A DNA stretch of 64,000 nucleotides, taken from contig CM120648.1 in NCBI GenBank assembly GCA_051362555.1, positions 4,460,587 through 4,524,586 on the forward strand, in the 5' to 3' direction. Below the pieces are notes generated by a model. That model was not told the DNA's origin. It did no database searches and saw only the letters and a list, made by a program, of their open reading frames with translations. Positions 52,206-64,000 of the stretch are shown here, piece after piece; within the stretch, counting starts at the first letter, position 1; each line of letters opens with the position of its first letter. A program made the position numbers and the translations under genes. This stretch comes from Lingula anatina (lineage: Eukaryota; Animalia; Brachiopoda).

Positions 52206-54890
52206 CCTAATATATGTAATAAACTGCACAGTTTGGTTTATATGAGATTCTTCACTCTCCTGTTTTAGGTTATAGGCCATTATAATTTTTCTGGGGTCTG
52301 CAGAACAATATGTTGACCCCATCCAAATTAATTTATATAATAGTTTACTTATTTATACTTAGATATCAATTCTGAAAATGAAAGCGTGCTATCCAGTGAA
52401 CGAACATCACGCACAGCAGAGTATTCAGATGTTTCAGATCTTGATGATTTCAACTACAAGGGACTGGTTCTAATTCTAAACTATGTGAACTTTCCATCGG
52501 CACCACATCTTACACAGAGAGTTGGTGCAGAGCATGATGAGAGTGAGTTATCTGTCTTTTTCTGTTGCTTTGCTAGTTTTTAGATGACCCTGCTAGTAAT
52601 AGTATAAAGCAACATGGATACATTCTATGGCACTTGTATGTGTACATGTACACCTTTTTTAGTGGGAGCTGCTCTCTTTGTACATGACTGTATCATGATG
52701 GATTTTAACATTTTTGTTGAGAAGGTATGACATTGCTCAGATGACAAATTTTTCTGCATGGAACTTGTGATGTAATGATGTAACAATTAAGTCATATGGT
52801 CTCGAGTGTGAAGCGGAGTGATGTGATGTGGCATATGAGACATGGACTATTAATTTCGTAATAAATATTTTAATCTTTTATACATATATGTTGTTACAGT
52901 ACCATAGAACTATCTGTTTGCATGACAGCTTAACTGGCAAGGTGTACTGGGTTAACATTAAAATTACTCTGAAGCCATTTCTCATTTTAACTACCTCATA
53001 TTTCAGTTACATTATTTTTAAAAAATTCATATTGCTATAAAGATCCAAGCTTCTGGCTGGGGCATACAGGAAACATTGAAATAATAATGATAGTTAATAA
53101 TAAAAAACAATGTTTGAATACCAATTTCTTATAAATGGGATGTTAATTCAAAATGCATAGAATTTGGATAACTGATGTAGAAAGTAAAAAAAAAAAGTTT
53201 CAAGATTCATTAATATTACCAATACACCTGTATGTAATTGTTTTGAAATATAAGTTTGACGAGCAACCTCACAATTTGCTTTTCATTTTTGTTAACTGCC
53301 AGACGTATAAATGTACCAACAGAATGAACATGACACGTATGAGCATAACATGCATACGGTTGTACTTGGCATTTTTCAGGTAAGGTGAAGGACTTGTTTG
53401 ATTCACTAAGATTCAATGTTATTGTCCGAAAAGATCAGACTAAGGAAGAAACAATGGAAACAATACATGATCATTCACAACTAGACCACAGCAACTACCA
53501 AGCATTTATATGCTTCATATTTTCGCATGGCAGCAATGGAAACATTTACTGCTCTGATGGTGGTATATTGCCACTAAGTGACATATTTGCTCCATTTGAG
53601 TCTGCAAAGTGTCCCACACTCAAAGGTAAACCAAAGGCATTTTTTATACAGGCTTGTCTAGGATCACAGGTATTAGCAGGTATGTATATATTTGTACTTA
53701 TGCAAAGGGCATATATACATTTAATGAATATTTAACTAGATATCCATGTTTTAAACTGAAACATCAGAAATTTGCCAATATTAAGAATATGTATGCCACA
53801 CAGACCTGTAGCCAGCAATTTCAAAAGGAGGGTTCTTTTTCTGAAAAAATGGACCTTTTTCCACAAAAACTTCATGTACCTTTACGTCAAATTGTACCCA
53901 GAGTGGACCTTTTCCCAGCAAAAGGGGCGGTTCTTTCTAATCCCCCAACCCCCCCCTGGCTACGGGCCCGCTACATCTACTATATGGCTGCTGCTATGAG
54001 TTATGAAACAGTGTTTAATGTAATGTTTCTTTGTGAAATTGTACATAAAATTATATTAACTACTTACAAGATTACAGCATTGAATGTTAATATGATTTTA
54101 ATTATTACTTCATAAACATCACTTGGTACATAACCATGAATATTTATTAACAAAATACAATAAACTGAACATGCACAATATATTTATTAAATGAAATTTT
54201 AAAAAATGAACTTGCATGTAAAGGTATGATTTTTGCATCAAATTTAATTTCGTCCAGAATAAAAAGCAACTTTGTACCATTGTAAATGAAAGAACTTAGC
54301 TGTAAATGAAACATGATTAATTTAGATTAGCATCTGTCCTCTTGACATTTCAAAAGAAAATGTTGACATAAGGTACTTGTATTAAATGTATCTGATTGGT
54401 TTTATTCTATTTATAAACATTAAGAAAATGAAGACTTCGAAATATTCAAATGTGTACGGGATACCCTTAATCAAATGGATCTCTTATACTGATACATTAA
54501 CAAATAATTCTATGTTTAGGAACTTCAGATGCCTCACCATTTGCAGCAGAGTCTGAAGGAGTGGCCAAACCTAATCTGCCAGCATGTTCAGATGCTGATT
54601 TCCTGCTGTCCTATGCAACTCTGCCTGGGCATGCTGCAATTCGTACCGAAGAGGGTTCACCTTTTGTGACTTCCTTAGTTAAATACATAAATAAGTATTC
54701 AACTGGTGAAATGAGAAAAACATTATATGATATCGTGACCAGGGTGAACAAAAAGTTGGAAAGCATTACTGTCCGAGATGCATCAGGGATGCTAACATCA
54801 TACCGCCAAGTTTGTTCAGTTGTAGGGAATCTAAAGAAAGAGTTTTACTTGAGGGCATGCAAGTTGGTATCCCATGAGATGCATAACTAA
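45270..54890 (+). CDS. Caspase (peptidase C14A, caspase-8-like catalytic domain) with a very long repetitive N-terminus; exons 45270-45279, 45647-48820, 52363-52542, 53380-53679, 54520-54890; in-frame TAG at 45778-45780
   Basis: Motifs KGLVLILNYVNF...QRVGAEHD, FICFIFSHG, CPTLKGKPKAFFIQACLG, ADFLLSYATLPGHAAIRTEEGSPFV...RQV...LKKEFY. All introns are GT-AG, phase 1. The catalytic exons are certain; linkage to the large exon and the start codon are inferred. Confidence 0.85.
45945..48085 (+). repeat. 885-bp (295-aa) coding tandem repeat, about 2.4 copies
   Basis: Near-identical blocks offset by 885 bp (e.g. 46110/46995/47880); reading frame preserved. Confidence 0.95.
49370..51225. mobile_element. 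Foldback/MULE-like non-autonomous element with tandem-repeat TIRs
   Basis: Inverted arms built of a 16-bp repeat GTCCGAAGGTTCATT(G/A) at 49381-49577 and 51049-51214; termini GGGG.CGT..CGATAGTCCGAAGG; TSD (C)ATTTCAAG at 49362-49369 and 51226-51233. Confidence 0.88.
52147..52202. repeat. (AT)n microsatellite
   Basis: Directly visible. Confidence 0.95.
53801..53970 (-). mobile_element. Short MITE, inverted copy of 37197-37365
   Basis: CAGACCTGTAGCCAG...CTGGCTACGGGCCCG; the interior matches the reverse complement of 37197-37365. Confidence 0.8.
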
Positions 54891-55755
54891 TAAATTTCCA
54901 CCCTGTGGTCATACATTTATGGGTCTATTCCCACAACTTTAGATCGATCTATCACCGTGGGAGTCTCACAAGATTACTGTCAGATAATCCCCCTTAAGTG
55001 TCCGTCCCCGCCTACTACAAGCTGTAAGGGGTAATTAACTTTCGTGTCCGCCCGGCTGACAGCTATTTAGTGTGAACCCCCAGGGAGTTAGGTTGATTTA
55101 AAGTAGGTCGATCTAATCTATGGAAATGGGGTGTAAGTGTTGTGGCATGGAACTTTTGTTGTTAGAAGCTACTGGTTTGACATTAAGGAAATTTTGTTTT
55201 TGTTTGATACATGCACATATACTTTAGCTTTGGAATTCATCATAAATTTTTTTCCTAACTTTAAACAGCCAAAGACTTGAATGTCATGTTCAACCCAAGC
55301 AATTAAATTTAAGCCAACTTTAAAGACTGGGCTACTGACATTACTGTTTATAAAGGTATAATCTGTTGTGTTAGCAATGTACACATGCCTACTGGTATCT
55401 ATTCTACAAGTATTTATCATTAGCATATATTTTGTATTTAAACGTATACTGTGATGAAAAAACGGGTTAAAACTATCCATTAGGTGCCCAAAAGTCATTT
55501 TTGAGTAATGAAAAAAAAGTTCTTACGTTTATTTAGTTTTTAAAGCTGATTTTATGCAGGTGTTAATTTAGTTTATGATACTCCCGCGTGGTGGCGCTTT
55601 GAGGCGAGTGACGTCACTTGAGTCGAGGCTCAGAAAGCCATATTCGATTCAGCTATCCGCTTGCTAGCAGTGCAAACTTAAAGCGATACTATGGGCAGGG
55701 GTTTATACAAAAATGCAAAACACGATTAGTCGTCGTCGTTATGAGATCAGAAGGC

Positions 55756-55860
55756 AAAATACAACTAGTAGTCGTCAAAACGCAACTAGTCATCAAAACG
55801 CAACTAGTCATCACAACGCAACTAGTCATCATCAAAACGCAACTAGTCATCAAAACGCGA
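55756..55860. repeat. 18/21-bp minisatellite AAAACGCAACTAGTCATC
   Basis: About five adjacent copies. Confidence 0.85.
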
Positions 55861-56494
55861 TTTGACACCAGATGGCGCCCATTGTACGAAAATCTAGGCC
55901 AAGTCACATGATCCACAGTGATCAAAATGGCGGACGTTATTGAAGCAGCATTATCATATTCCTCGCTCGAACTCGAGAATTATCTCGAGTTCGAGATATT
56001 ATTATATATATAATATCATTATTAGATTGTACGCGTAGAGATGGTGTGATTATTGGACTATTGGTGTGATTTTTTTCAGAAACTGAAAGGTGGGAGAGAC
56101 ACCCTCCCCTAAATTCATCACTGCTTAATCAGGTGTACTTGATTGTAGGATTCTGGTTTCAGTAAATACATGATAAAAGTTTCACATCATAAATGTTGTA
56201 ACATATATATTCTTATTTAATAATGCATGAGCAAAGAGCAGAATTGCAGAATTCCTACAGAATTCAGACTTTTCTTATAAGTGGATGTTATGTGTTTGTC
56301 TATTTCTTTCAATATTAACATTGAGGTATTTGTAAGAGCCTTCTGCTATTAGAAGTTGTCTTTAGTCAATTTTCCAGACATTTGGATAGGATGTTAATTT
56401 ACGTAGTTTTAGAACAACATCTGTACTTATATCAACAATACAGTTGCTGGGCATGAAGACTAGTTATCACTTCATGGATAAGAAAGTCATGTGG

Positions 56495-56662
56495 CAGGGG
56501 CGGATTCAGAGTTATTTCCTGACAGTCTTCCAAATTATCTTTGTTGATCCGTTCTTCATTTTTGACCGTCTTCCGGCAGAAAAAATTATATACCCGCCAA
56601 TGTAAACTTGAAAATCTGACCGTCTTCCGGAAGACCCAGAAGACGCCCTAAATCCGCCCCTG
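56495..56662. mobile_element. Short MITE with CAGGGGCGGATT termini
   Basis: CAGGGGCGGATT / AATCCGCCCCTG; related single ends occur near 11580, 36236 and 50998. Confidence 0.65.
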
Positions 56663-57996
56663 TGTGGTGTTCAGTTTCTTGGCATTATATCCTGAATAAT
56701 ATATGATGATGTTTGATATATCATTGCTACAACCTGGCATTGAGAGAGCTAAGAAAGAAAAACTACATGAAAGATAATCTTTCATTTAAGCTGTTTAATT
56801 ATTCTTTAAGGTCTAAATTGGGGAATAGTTATCAACCTGCATTAAGGTGAAAGTTTGACACAAGTTGAAAATAATAACTTCAAGATATATAGTACAATAT
56901 ATGCATTTCCACCAAAAATTCCCTATTCTAAAATTAGAATGCTGAAGTTAACAACATTCTTTCTATTGTTTTGGTTTAGAAAATTACAATTACCATAGTC
57001 ATTAATTAAATGCAGTATAACTTCTGCATAAAGTTGTTAATTTTTTTCAAATGCTTATTAGCAGCATGTCACATGTAAGTAGCTTATACCTCAAAACAGT
57101 TAACAAAAAAGACTAGAAGTAAATAAGTACATAAATATAGTATGGTAATAGTTAAATAAAGTCAAACAAAATAGATTAATGATTATTGATTGATAATCTT
57201 CCCCCACACTGTGCCTTGCTATTTATACAATAAAATATTGTTGATTTGTGTTTCTGAAGTGTTACTAATACTTTGCTTTATGTCAAAAAGGACATTTTTG
57301 TGAATAACTAAATATAAAACCTGGAAAAGTAAAATATTGGAATAAGTTCTTAGATGCCTGCAACAAATTAAAAATGAATAAATCAAAATATATAACACAT
57401 ACATTTGCATATGGCAATTACCATAGGAGAACATAATAATAGTTTCTATTATATATATAATCGTGGTTAATTCATGGAATGAAGTATATAAATGTTAAAT
57501 GATGCCAAAAGAAGCATTTAATTGGTAAAAAATCTGTAAACAAATTTGTTATGAATAACAATAAAAGATATGCTGAATATTCTTATTAAATAATTACGTG
57601 CACCAAAAATATAGCACTTGACAACAACATATTTTGTTCTATGGCCACAAAGAACAAGACATACATGTCTACTGAATGCAATAGTACTACTATATGTTAT
57701 ATGGCAGACCTGGGATGGGGGGGGGGGGGGGGGGGAGGGGGGCACACAGTACCATGCCCTTTGAGGTTCTACTTTCTCCCCACCCCAAAGAAAAAAAATC
57801 ACATGAGCATTATTCCATCCCTGTGAAGACTGAGAATAGTTTTACCTGCTTCTCAATAGACTGGATAAAATCTCCAAGAGGGGGAGACAACATAGTGAAT
57901 TACACTAAACTGGAAGAAGTGTTAGTATTAAAAACCTTAAGCTATGTATGGCATTATCTTAATTAGAAAGATCTTAGCTTCCAGTTTACAAAATGT

Positions 57997-58899
57997 CTAT
58001 TCAGTACCAATTTCTTCAAGCTGTGGAATGTGTGGAAGATCCATAAGAGCTGATAAACTCTCCAACTTCTCATACAACATTTGCACCTAAAATGACACAA
58101 AAATATCACAAATATTTTTATATTTAAAAGTAATCAAAATCCATATTTGTATTTTTATATTGTTGTAAGATAAGAAATAAATTAAGCAAAAATGTTCATT
58201 AGCTTGGTAGTGAAAAAATGAAAATTATCAAACATAAGCCGAAAAACTTTCATTCAGTTAGGTTAAGGCCACCTACATGTAGCAGTCAGTGAATGTCAAC
58301 ATCTGCTCACATCAGTCTGATGAAGGCCTACGTCCAGGTTGGCCTTAAGCTTAAGGTATGAAAGTTTTTTTGGCTTGTGTTTGATAATTTTAATTTTATG
58401 AAGAAAAAATTTGTTCAATGACTTCAAATTTGATATGTGCATATAAAAACTTATGAATCATGTATTCATCATTTATTTCATATAAGACTATAGTTAGTCA
58501 CCTTTTCTTCTTCAGTTTTTTCTTCTTCTTGTTCTTCTTTTTCTTCTTCTTCAGGGGTTCCCTCTTTCTCCCCATCAGCACTATCACCCTCAGAGGGTTG
58601 AAATTTTGGCGTGTCTGAATCTACCTTTGACAACAAGGTTATCAAGTCATTTAACTCCTCTGACTTGACATCAAGACCCAGCAAAGTCATCACCTGCAAA
58701 TGTGATCATGCAAATTAATTAAAAATCACTGAATTACAAACAAAAGGGGCAAAAGACAAAAGGAACTAATAAATATGAAGAACAGGATTCAGATCTCTGA
58801 GTCCAATTTCGAGTTCCAACCTGGGACACAAAAATGCATATTGCAAATAATTCCTTGGTCCAGAAACGATAATGGACCTTAAAAAAATAAGAAAAAAAA

Positions 58900-58941
<42 letters not shown>

Positions 58942-61191
58942 TTTGAAGTTCTCCTTCTTTACTCTCCCCATCCTCTCCAAGAAATTGAAGATATACCCTG
59001 TTAAAATGCACATTATGAATTAATCAATGATATTGCAGATGGATGGCATACATTTCTATCCTTTTGATTGATATACCAATGTGCAAGAATGACCAACACA
59101 GCCGGGAAAAATAAATGAGGTATCATTGTCATCCCCCTCCTCGTTAGTATATGTCTGGCTTTGCCAATGGATACTCTGTACCTTAATTATGTAGAATTCA
59201 ACCCATGTCATCACATGTTGCAGTTGTGGCACCAATCCTTTGTCAATGGAAGCCAACACGTCTGCACAGGAAAGACATGCCAGTACACACAGGTCAACCT
59301 TAAACCAGAGACGAAAGTGAACATAAAAAAAATACATCAAATTCTAAACATTTTGAGTACTGTCCTGTTGACAAAAAATTAAAATGAAATAAATACATTA
59401 TTGAAACAAGTTTAGTTCAACTTGTAAAATTCTGGATAAAAGTTTTCTACTACAAATGCTGTGTACCAATTAAGTATTTCACATACATTCATCAAGGACT
59501 CAGGGGTGCCAGAAACATCTATTTTCTTCAGCTCCTGATGAGAAAGTGCAGCAATGGCCTGGGGCAGGAACACCATCATAGTGTTGTACATCTCTGGGGC
59601 AAACAGCAACCTTTCTTTATAGAGGGTCAGCAGAGCTCCTCGGGCCTGGAGGTGAATACAAGGCAGCAAAGCTGTCAAATGTACAGGCTTAAAGTATAAC
59701 ATAACAATGACAGTGCAGAAAATAATATCACATGATGCTTAACAACAGTAAATAAGATCATTCACTATTTTGTAAGATGTTCTTTTTTCTACCTGTTAAG
59801 ACAAGTTTCATTAAAAGTTGTTTCAGTGTTTTACATTTTCATATAAAAAATTCATATTTATCTGACACTTCAATTGATAGGCACTCAGTGTACATTACTT
59901 TAAATAGGCAGAGGAACAAACAAGCGAACAGACAAACTAGGCAAATTAAGGAGAACATGTGGAGCTATACTATATAGGTTTTCTCTTCAAGTACCTGTAT
60001 GTCAAGCCAACCCAGGTCCACAGAATCAGGAATTCGTGTCATGCAATCTGCAGGCCTGCTACAGCTTAGATACCTAGTGATGTGGTCAAACTGCCACAAG
60101 TTCTTTAAAAAAAAAGAAAGGAATTACTATAAAATGCTGTTTTTGTAATATAAAAGAGAGTAAACATTGAACACACAAAGGATGTATAACAGTCTAAAAG
60201 CACAAGGCAACACTGGCCACAATACGTATTTTGAATGAAAAAACATGCACAGTTAAAATGTAAGCAAGTGATATAAATATACCTGGTATATTGTATATTT
60301 ACCCTTATTGTCCTGGGCCCTCCAAAGTTATCTTCTTCCTCATGTGAATTGACACTGAAAGATGTTGCTTCTGGCTCCATTAATACATCACATCCCTTGG
60401 CAGGGCTGAAAGGACAAATATTCATTTTGTACTTGCACCAGTGCTACACAACTGTTCTACATGTTATAGTTTGTGTAAGAAAAAATAAACTCTTTCCTTT
60501 TGACATTCAAAAGCTTACAATGCATGTCAAACCTTAATACCTCAAAAACAAAGGTAATATACCCTGGCACATACATGTACCAGTACAAGATACATACTGG
60601 GTGTTAAAATTTCCAGAAAAACTTCTTTGCAATAAAATAAGGTACACTGTGTGCATTTTTATACATTTAAAGCCATATTAACCTTATAATAACTGCCACT
60701 GCCTGACACAATGGTTTACAGTACTCTATCAGTGGGTAAATAGGGAACTCTGGTGTCTCTTCTTTCCTCTGTCTCTCCCTAAGATATTTGGACATGAAGT
60801 AGGTGAAAAATCCGTGTCCAATCTTTTTATAATGTAAAGCTCTCTGCATGCCACTGCAGGCTGCTACAATATGTGTAGTTACTTTCCCTGTTGATTCTTG
60901 GAGGAGGCTTTCAGCTATTTGACCTGGGGAAAAATGTATGCCTAATTATATGTAATTCTTTAGTATGTATATTAATCAATGAATAATCTTACTAAATATA
61001 TGTCCCGTGCAGCATATAAATGAAAATATATCATGTCACCTACAAAACAGACTGACATACCCTACTGACATATTTAACTTAACCATGCTTTAACACTGCT
61101 AATTTCCTATAGCAATCTGGAGGCAATATATGGCTGACACATGTTGACTAAAATTTAATTTTTAAAATACAGATGACAATTTAAACTTATA

Positions 61192-61235
<44 letters not shown>

Positions 61236-63818
61236 CCCTGTAACTTACCTGCATAACAGCAGTCAGCTATGAAAAGGAAATGCTTGGCCTTGGTACCTTC
61301 AACACAGGCAACTATGTCTGAGATAGACAGAGCAGAATCTTGGACATTGGGAGTGAAATCTGCAGGTACCAGATATACCTAATAATAAATAATACTAATA
61401 TTCAGCTTATATATATATATGCAAAATATACAAAAATAAATATATAAAATTGGATTCTGTCAATTAAAAGTGATACAAAAGTGAAATAAAAATGAATCTG
61501 TAATAATAATTATAAATATTGTTAAGTTTAAGATGTGAAAATAAAATGATTAATAAAACCAGTATAAAAAATGTACCAGTATTAAAAAAATAATTCAAAT
61601 GAAGTATTTGGCAAAGTTTGGTACACTGTATCTCCTCATTTCATTCACAATTTTTCCTAGAAATATTTCATTGCACCTGTAGTGCTACCTGGCTAATCTC
61701 ACCTGTCCAGAGCGTTTCTTATCACAGTGACCGGAGAACTGGAACAGTAGTATTCCGTCCTCTGACACCTGCCCAGCTCTCCTCCGCAATGCCTCCTTTA
61801 TGGCAGCACAGGTTGGTATATCTGGGCAGTCAGTGGTCAGCAGGGTCATTTGAGCCTGAAAGGATTGTATTTAAAATGTTATATCAACTGGTCTAGGATT
61901 AAAATAAACATGGAATCAGAAACATTATTGCATATATTGTTACACTGTACACAACTAGAGGATCAGAGAGGCGATACCGCCTCCCGATATAGTACCACCA
62001 GCTGGAGCAAGCGCATTCATATGGACCCCTCCCCCCCCAAAAAAAAGAGACACCACCACCAGTCTTGTGCTTGACAAGCTCTATAAAATGCAATCAACAA
62101 GAATTCTCAAAATATGCAAAAAAAAAATATAACCAAAAATGGTACAATCAAAATTCAGTTCATCATAAAAAGAAGGTCAAAGGTCAATTTTAAGGTCACA
62201 GTAAATTGCCAGTATATGACTTCCTATTCAAGTTCAATAGAAACTATGGACCTATCTCTGCCAGTTTTGAAGATAAAAGGAAACCAAATTTTATAAAGTT
62301 CAATTCATGATGAAAAGTAGGTCAAAGGTCAATTTTTAGGTCACAGTAAATTGCCAGTATATGACTTCCTATTCAAATTCAATAGTAACTATGGGCGTAT
62401 CTTTGCCAGTTTTGAAAGTATAAGCATTAAAAAAGTTGCAAAGTTCAGTTTAAGGTGTAAAGTAGGTCAAAGGTCAATTTCAAGATCAAAGTAAGATTAC
62501 CAGTATATAACTTCCTATTCAACTTCAATAGTAACTATGGACCTATCTCTGCCAGGTATGGAGTTAAAAGGGAAATGAATTAGCAGAGTTCAGTTCATGA
62601 TAAAAAGTAGGTCAAAGGTCAATTTCAAGGTCACACTTAGATTGTCATTATATGACTTCCTATTCAACTTTAATAGTAACTATTGACCTATCTCTGCCAG
62701 TTTTGGAGATAAAAGGGAACCATATTTGCAAAGTTCAATTCATGATGAAAAGTAGGTCAAAGGTCAATTTCAAGGGCACACTCAGATTGCCAGTATATGA
62801 CTTCCTATTCAACTTTAATAGTAACTATTGACCTATCTCTGACAGTTTTGGAGATATAAGGGACTAAATGTTACAATTCTGAGTTACAATAATGTGCCAC
62901 CACAATGTATTTTTTAATACAGCATAACACGAAAACCGTATGAAATACAAAAAAAAAACAGAGACCACCAACAATGTTGGGCAAAGGGTAACACTTTCCT
63001 ATAATATTATTGGTTAAGTCTGTGTAGTGTCTGAATAACAGCGCAAATAATTTTTTTTTTGTAAAAAATTTCGTTTTTTTGAAAATTTTGGCCCGTTTGA
63101 CCTTGAAATAAAGGTCAAAGGTCATATCCAAGGGCATATTTGAAATCTACACGTATGACTTTTGGAAAGCCGTCTGTAGAAATTTTTCCCATAATTCCTT
63201 CCGTAGGGTAGATAATTGGCATTGAATTTTCAAAAATTTTGACAAGGGTGCATTTCAACGAGCGTCACACCCATGTCAATGCACCGACTGAGACAAAAAA
63301 ACCTGGGGGTTCAAGTTGAGGTTATATGTGACCTAAATCCAAGAGATGGGGACAGTGGTCCTTGCAGTCTAGGAGGAGAAACGGTAATGGTGACTTGTAT
63401 CCGGCGCCAGTACGCGGAGCTGGCAGAGCTCACGGAGCTGGCGGAGCCAGCAGAGCCAACGGAGCCGGACGAGACGGGTCAGGACTTAAACCATGAGTAC
63501 CACCAGCGTACACGCTGGTGGTACTAATTATAAAATAACTTCTGTGTGAAATATCAAGAAAAGTACTTGTGAAAGAGTTTTAATTGTAAAACAAGAACAA
63601 CTTTTGTTGAAAAGGGAGGGAATACGTAGCCTTCATACTTATAAATTCACCTATGTTGTTCTCAATATTACATTTTACTGAAATACTGTACAAGTAGGCT
63701 GTTACTAATACCTCCAAAAATCCATAATGGTCTTGCAGCACTCCCTTTATCACCTTGGCATCATTGTTGGCTGACTGTCCTACATGGTTACTGCCCAATT
63801 TTAACTGCTCACCAACAC
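57997..63818 (-). CDS. Metacaspase/orthocaspase-like peptidase C14 protein with an unknown helical, acidic C-terminal half (5'-partial, about 466 aa visible); exons 63818-63712, 61855-61703, 61378-61249, 60923-60683, 60405-60303, 60102-59995, 59645-59487, 59298-59182, 58693-58502, 58086-57997
   Basis: Spliced product: GVGEQLKLGSNHVGQSANNDAKVIKGVLQDHYGFLE/AQMTLLTTDCPDIPTCAAIKEALRRRAGQVSEDGILLFQFSGHCDKKRSGQ/VYLVPADFTPNVQDSALSISDIVACVEGTKAKHFLFIADCCYAG/QIAESLLQESTGKVTTHIVAACSGMQRALHYKKIGHGFFTYFMSKYL... Nine GT-AG introns, all phases compatible, no internal stops. Confidence 0.9.
61953..63527 (+). mobile_element. Second, shorter copy of the satellite-bearing Helentron/HINE-like element, intronic in the metacaspase-like gene
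   Basis: Same ends as 40506-44402 in the opposite orientation; about five 146-bp monomers (62150-62860); terminal hairpin AGTACCACCAGCG-TACA-CGCTGGTGGTACT at 63496-63525. Confidence 0.8.
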
Positions 63819-64000
63819 CTAGGACATGAATTAATTATAACTTTCTAATAAAAAAATCCATATACATGTACATGAATTTCAGACACGTGATCCATATTAA
63901 TATGTAATACTTGTATTACTGTGTGTTGTTTGCATACAGGGCATGTTTGTGTGTGTGTGTGTGTGTCTGTTTGTGTGTGTATGTAAGTACCTGTCTACAG

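Noticed and set aside
63580-63711. C-terminal part of track ORF 63580..63798
   Set aside because: It is intron read-through; similarity ends at the donor after YGFLE (63712).
57997-63818. Bacterial contamination as the source of the metacaspase-like sequence
   Set aside because: The gene has nine phase-consistent GT-AG introns with microsatellites and contains a transposon family also found at 40506-44402.
63991-64000. Apparent upstream coding exon of the metacaspase-like gene (donor ACAG|GTACTT on the minus strand)
   Set aside because: In the required phase it contains an in-frame TAG, so the true upstream coding exon is probably outside the window.

Overview
AT-rich, intron-rich animal DNA, most likely from a marine invertebrate (inferred from domain content and repeat families). 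It is not prokaryotic, and most short ORFs in the track are noise. Manual splicing (GT-AG, phase-checked) gives four genes. (1) A 5-exon, 216-aa secreted Cys-rich orphan (+, 9380-13376). (2) A roughly 35-exon, roughly 2,250-aa type-I membrane protein (-, 35774 to 14714) built as 7xMAM / EGF / IgGFc-binding / DNDCDG motif / ZP / TM. (3) A canonical Asp-specific caspase (+, 45270-54890; FSHG, QACLG) with a roughly 1,000-aa tandem-repeated N-terminus and no recognisable death fold. (4) Facing it tail-to-tail, a 10-exon (5' end off-window) metacaspase/orthocaspase-type peptidase C14 gene (-, 63818 to 57997; NNDA...FSGH...DCCYAG...GHGFFT) that the ORF track does not reveal. This type of protease is usually described as absent from animals, and it is the most striking item here. 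The first 6.8 kb is a degenerate, internally deleted duplicate of the 3' ends of genes 1 and 2. There are also many non-autonomous DNA transposons, including a three-level nest built around a satellite-carrying Helentron-like element, and a duplicated cluster of NF-kB-like sites upstream of the MAM-ZP gene.
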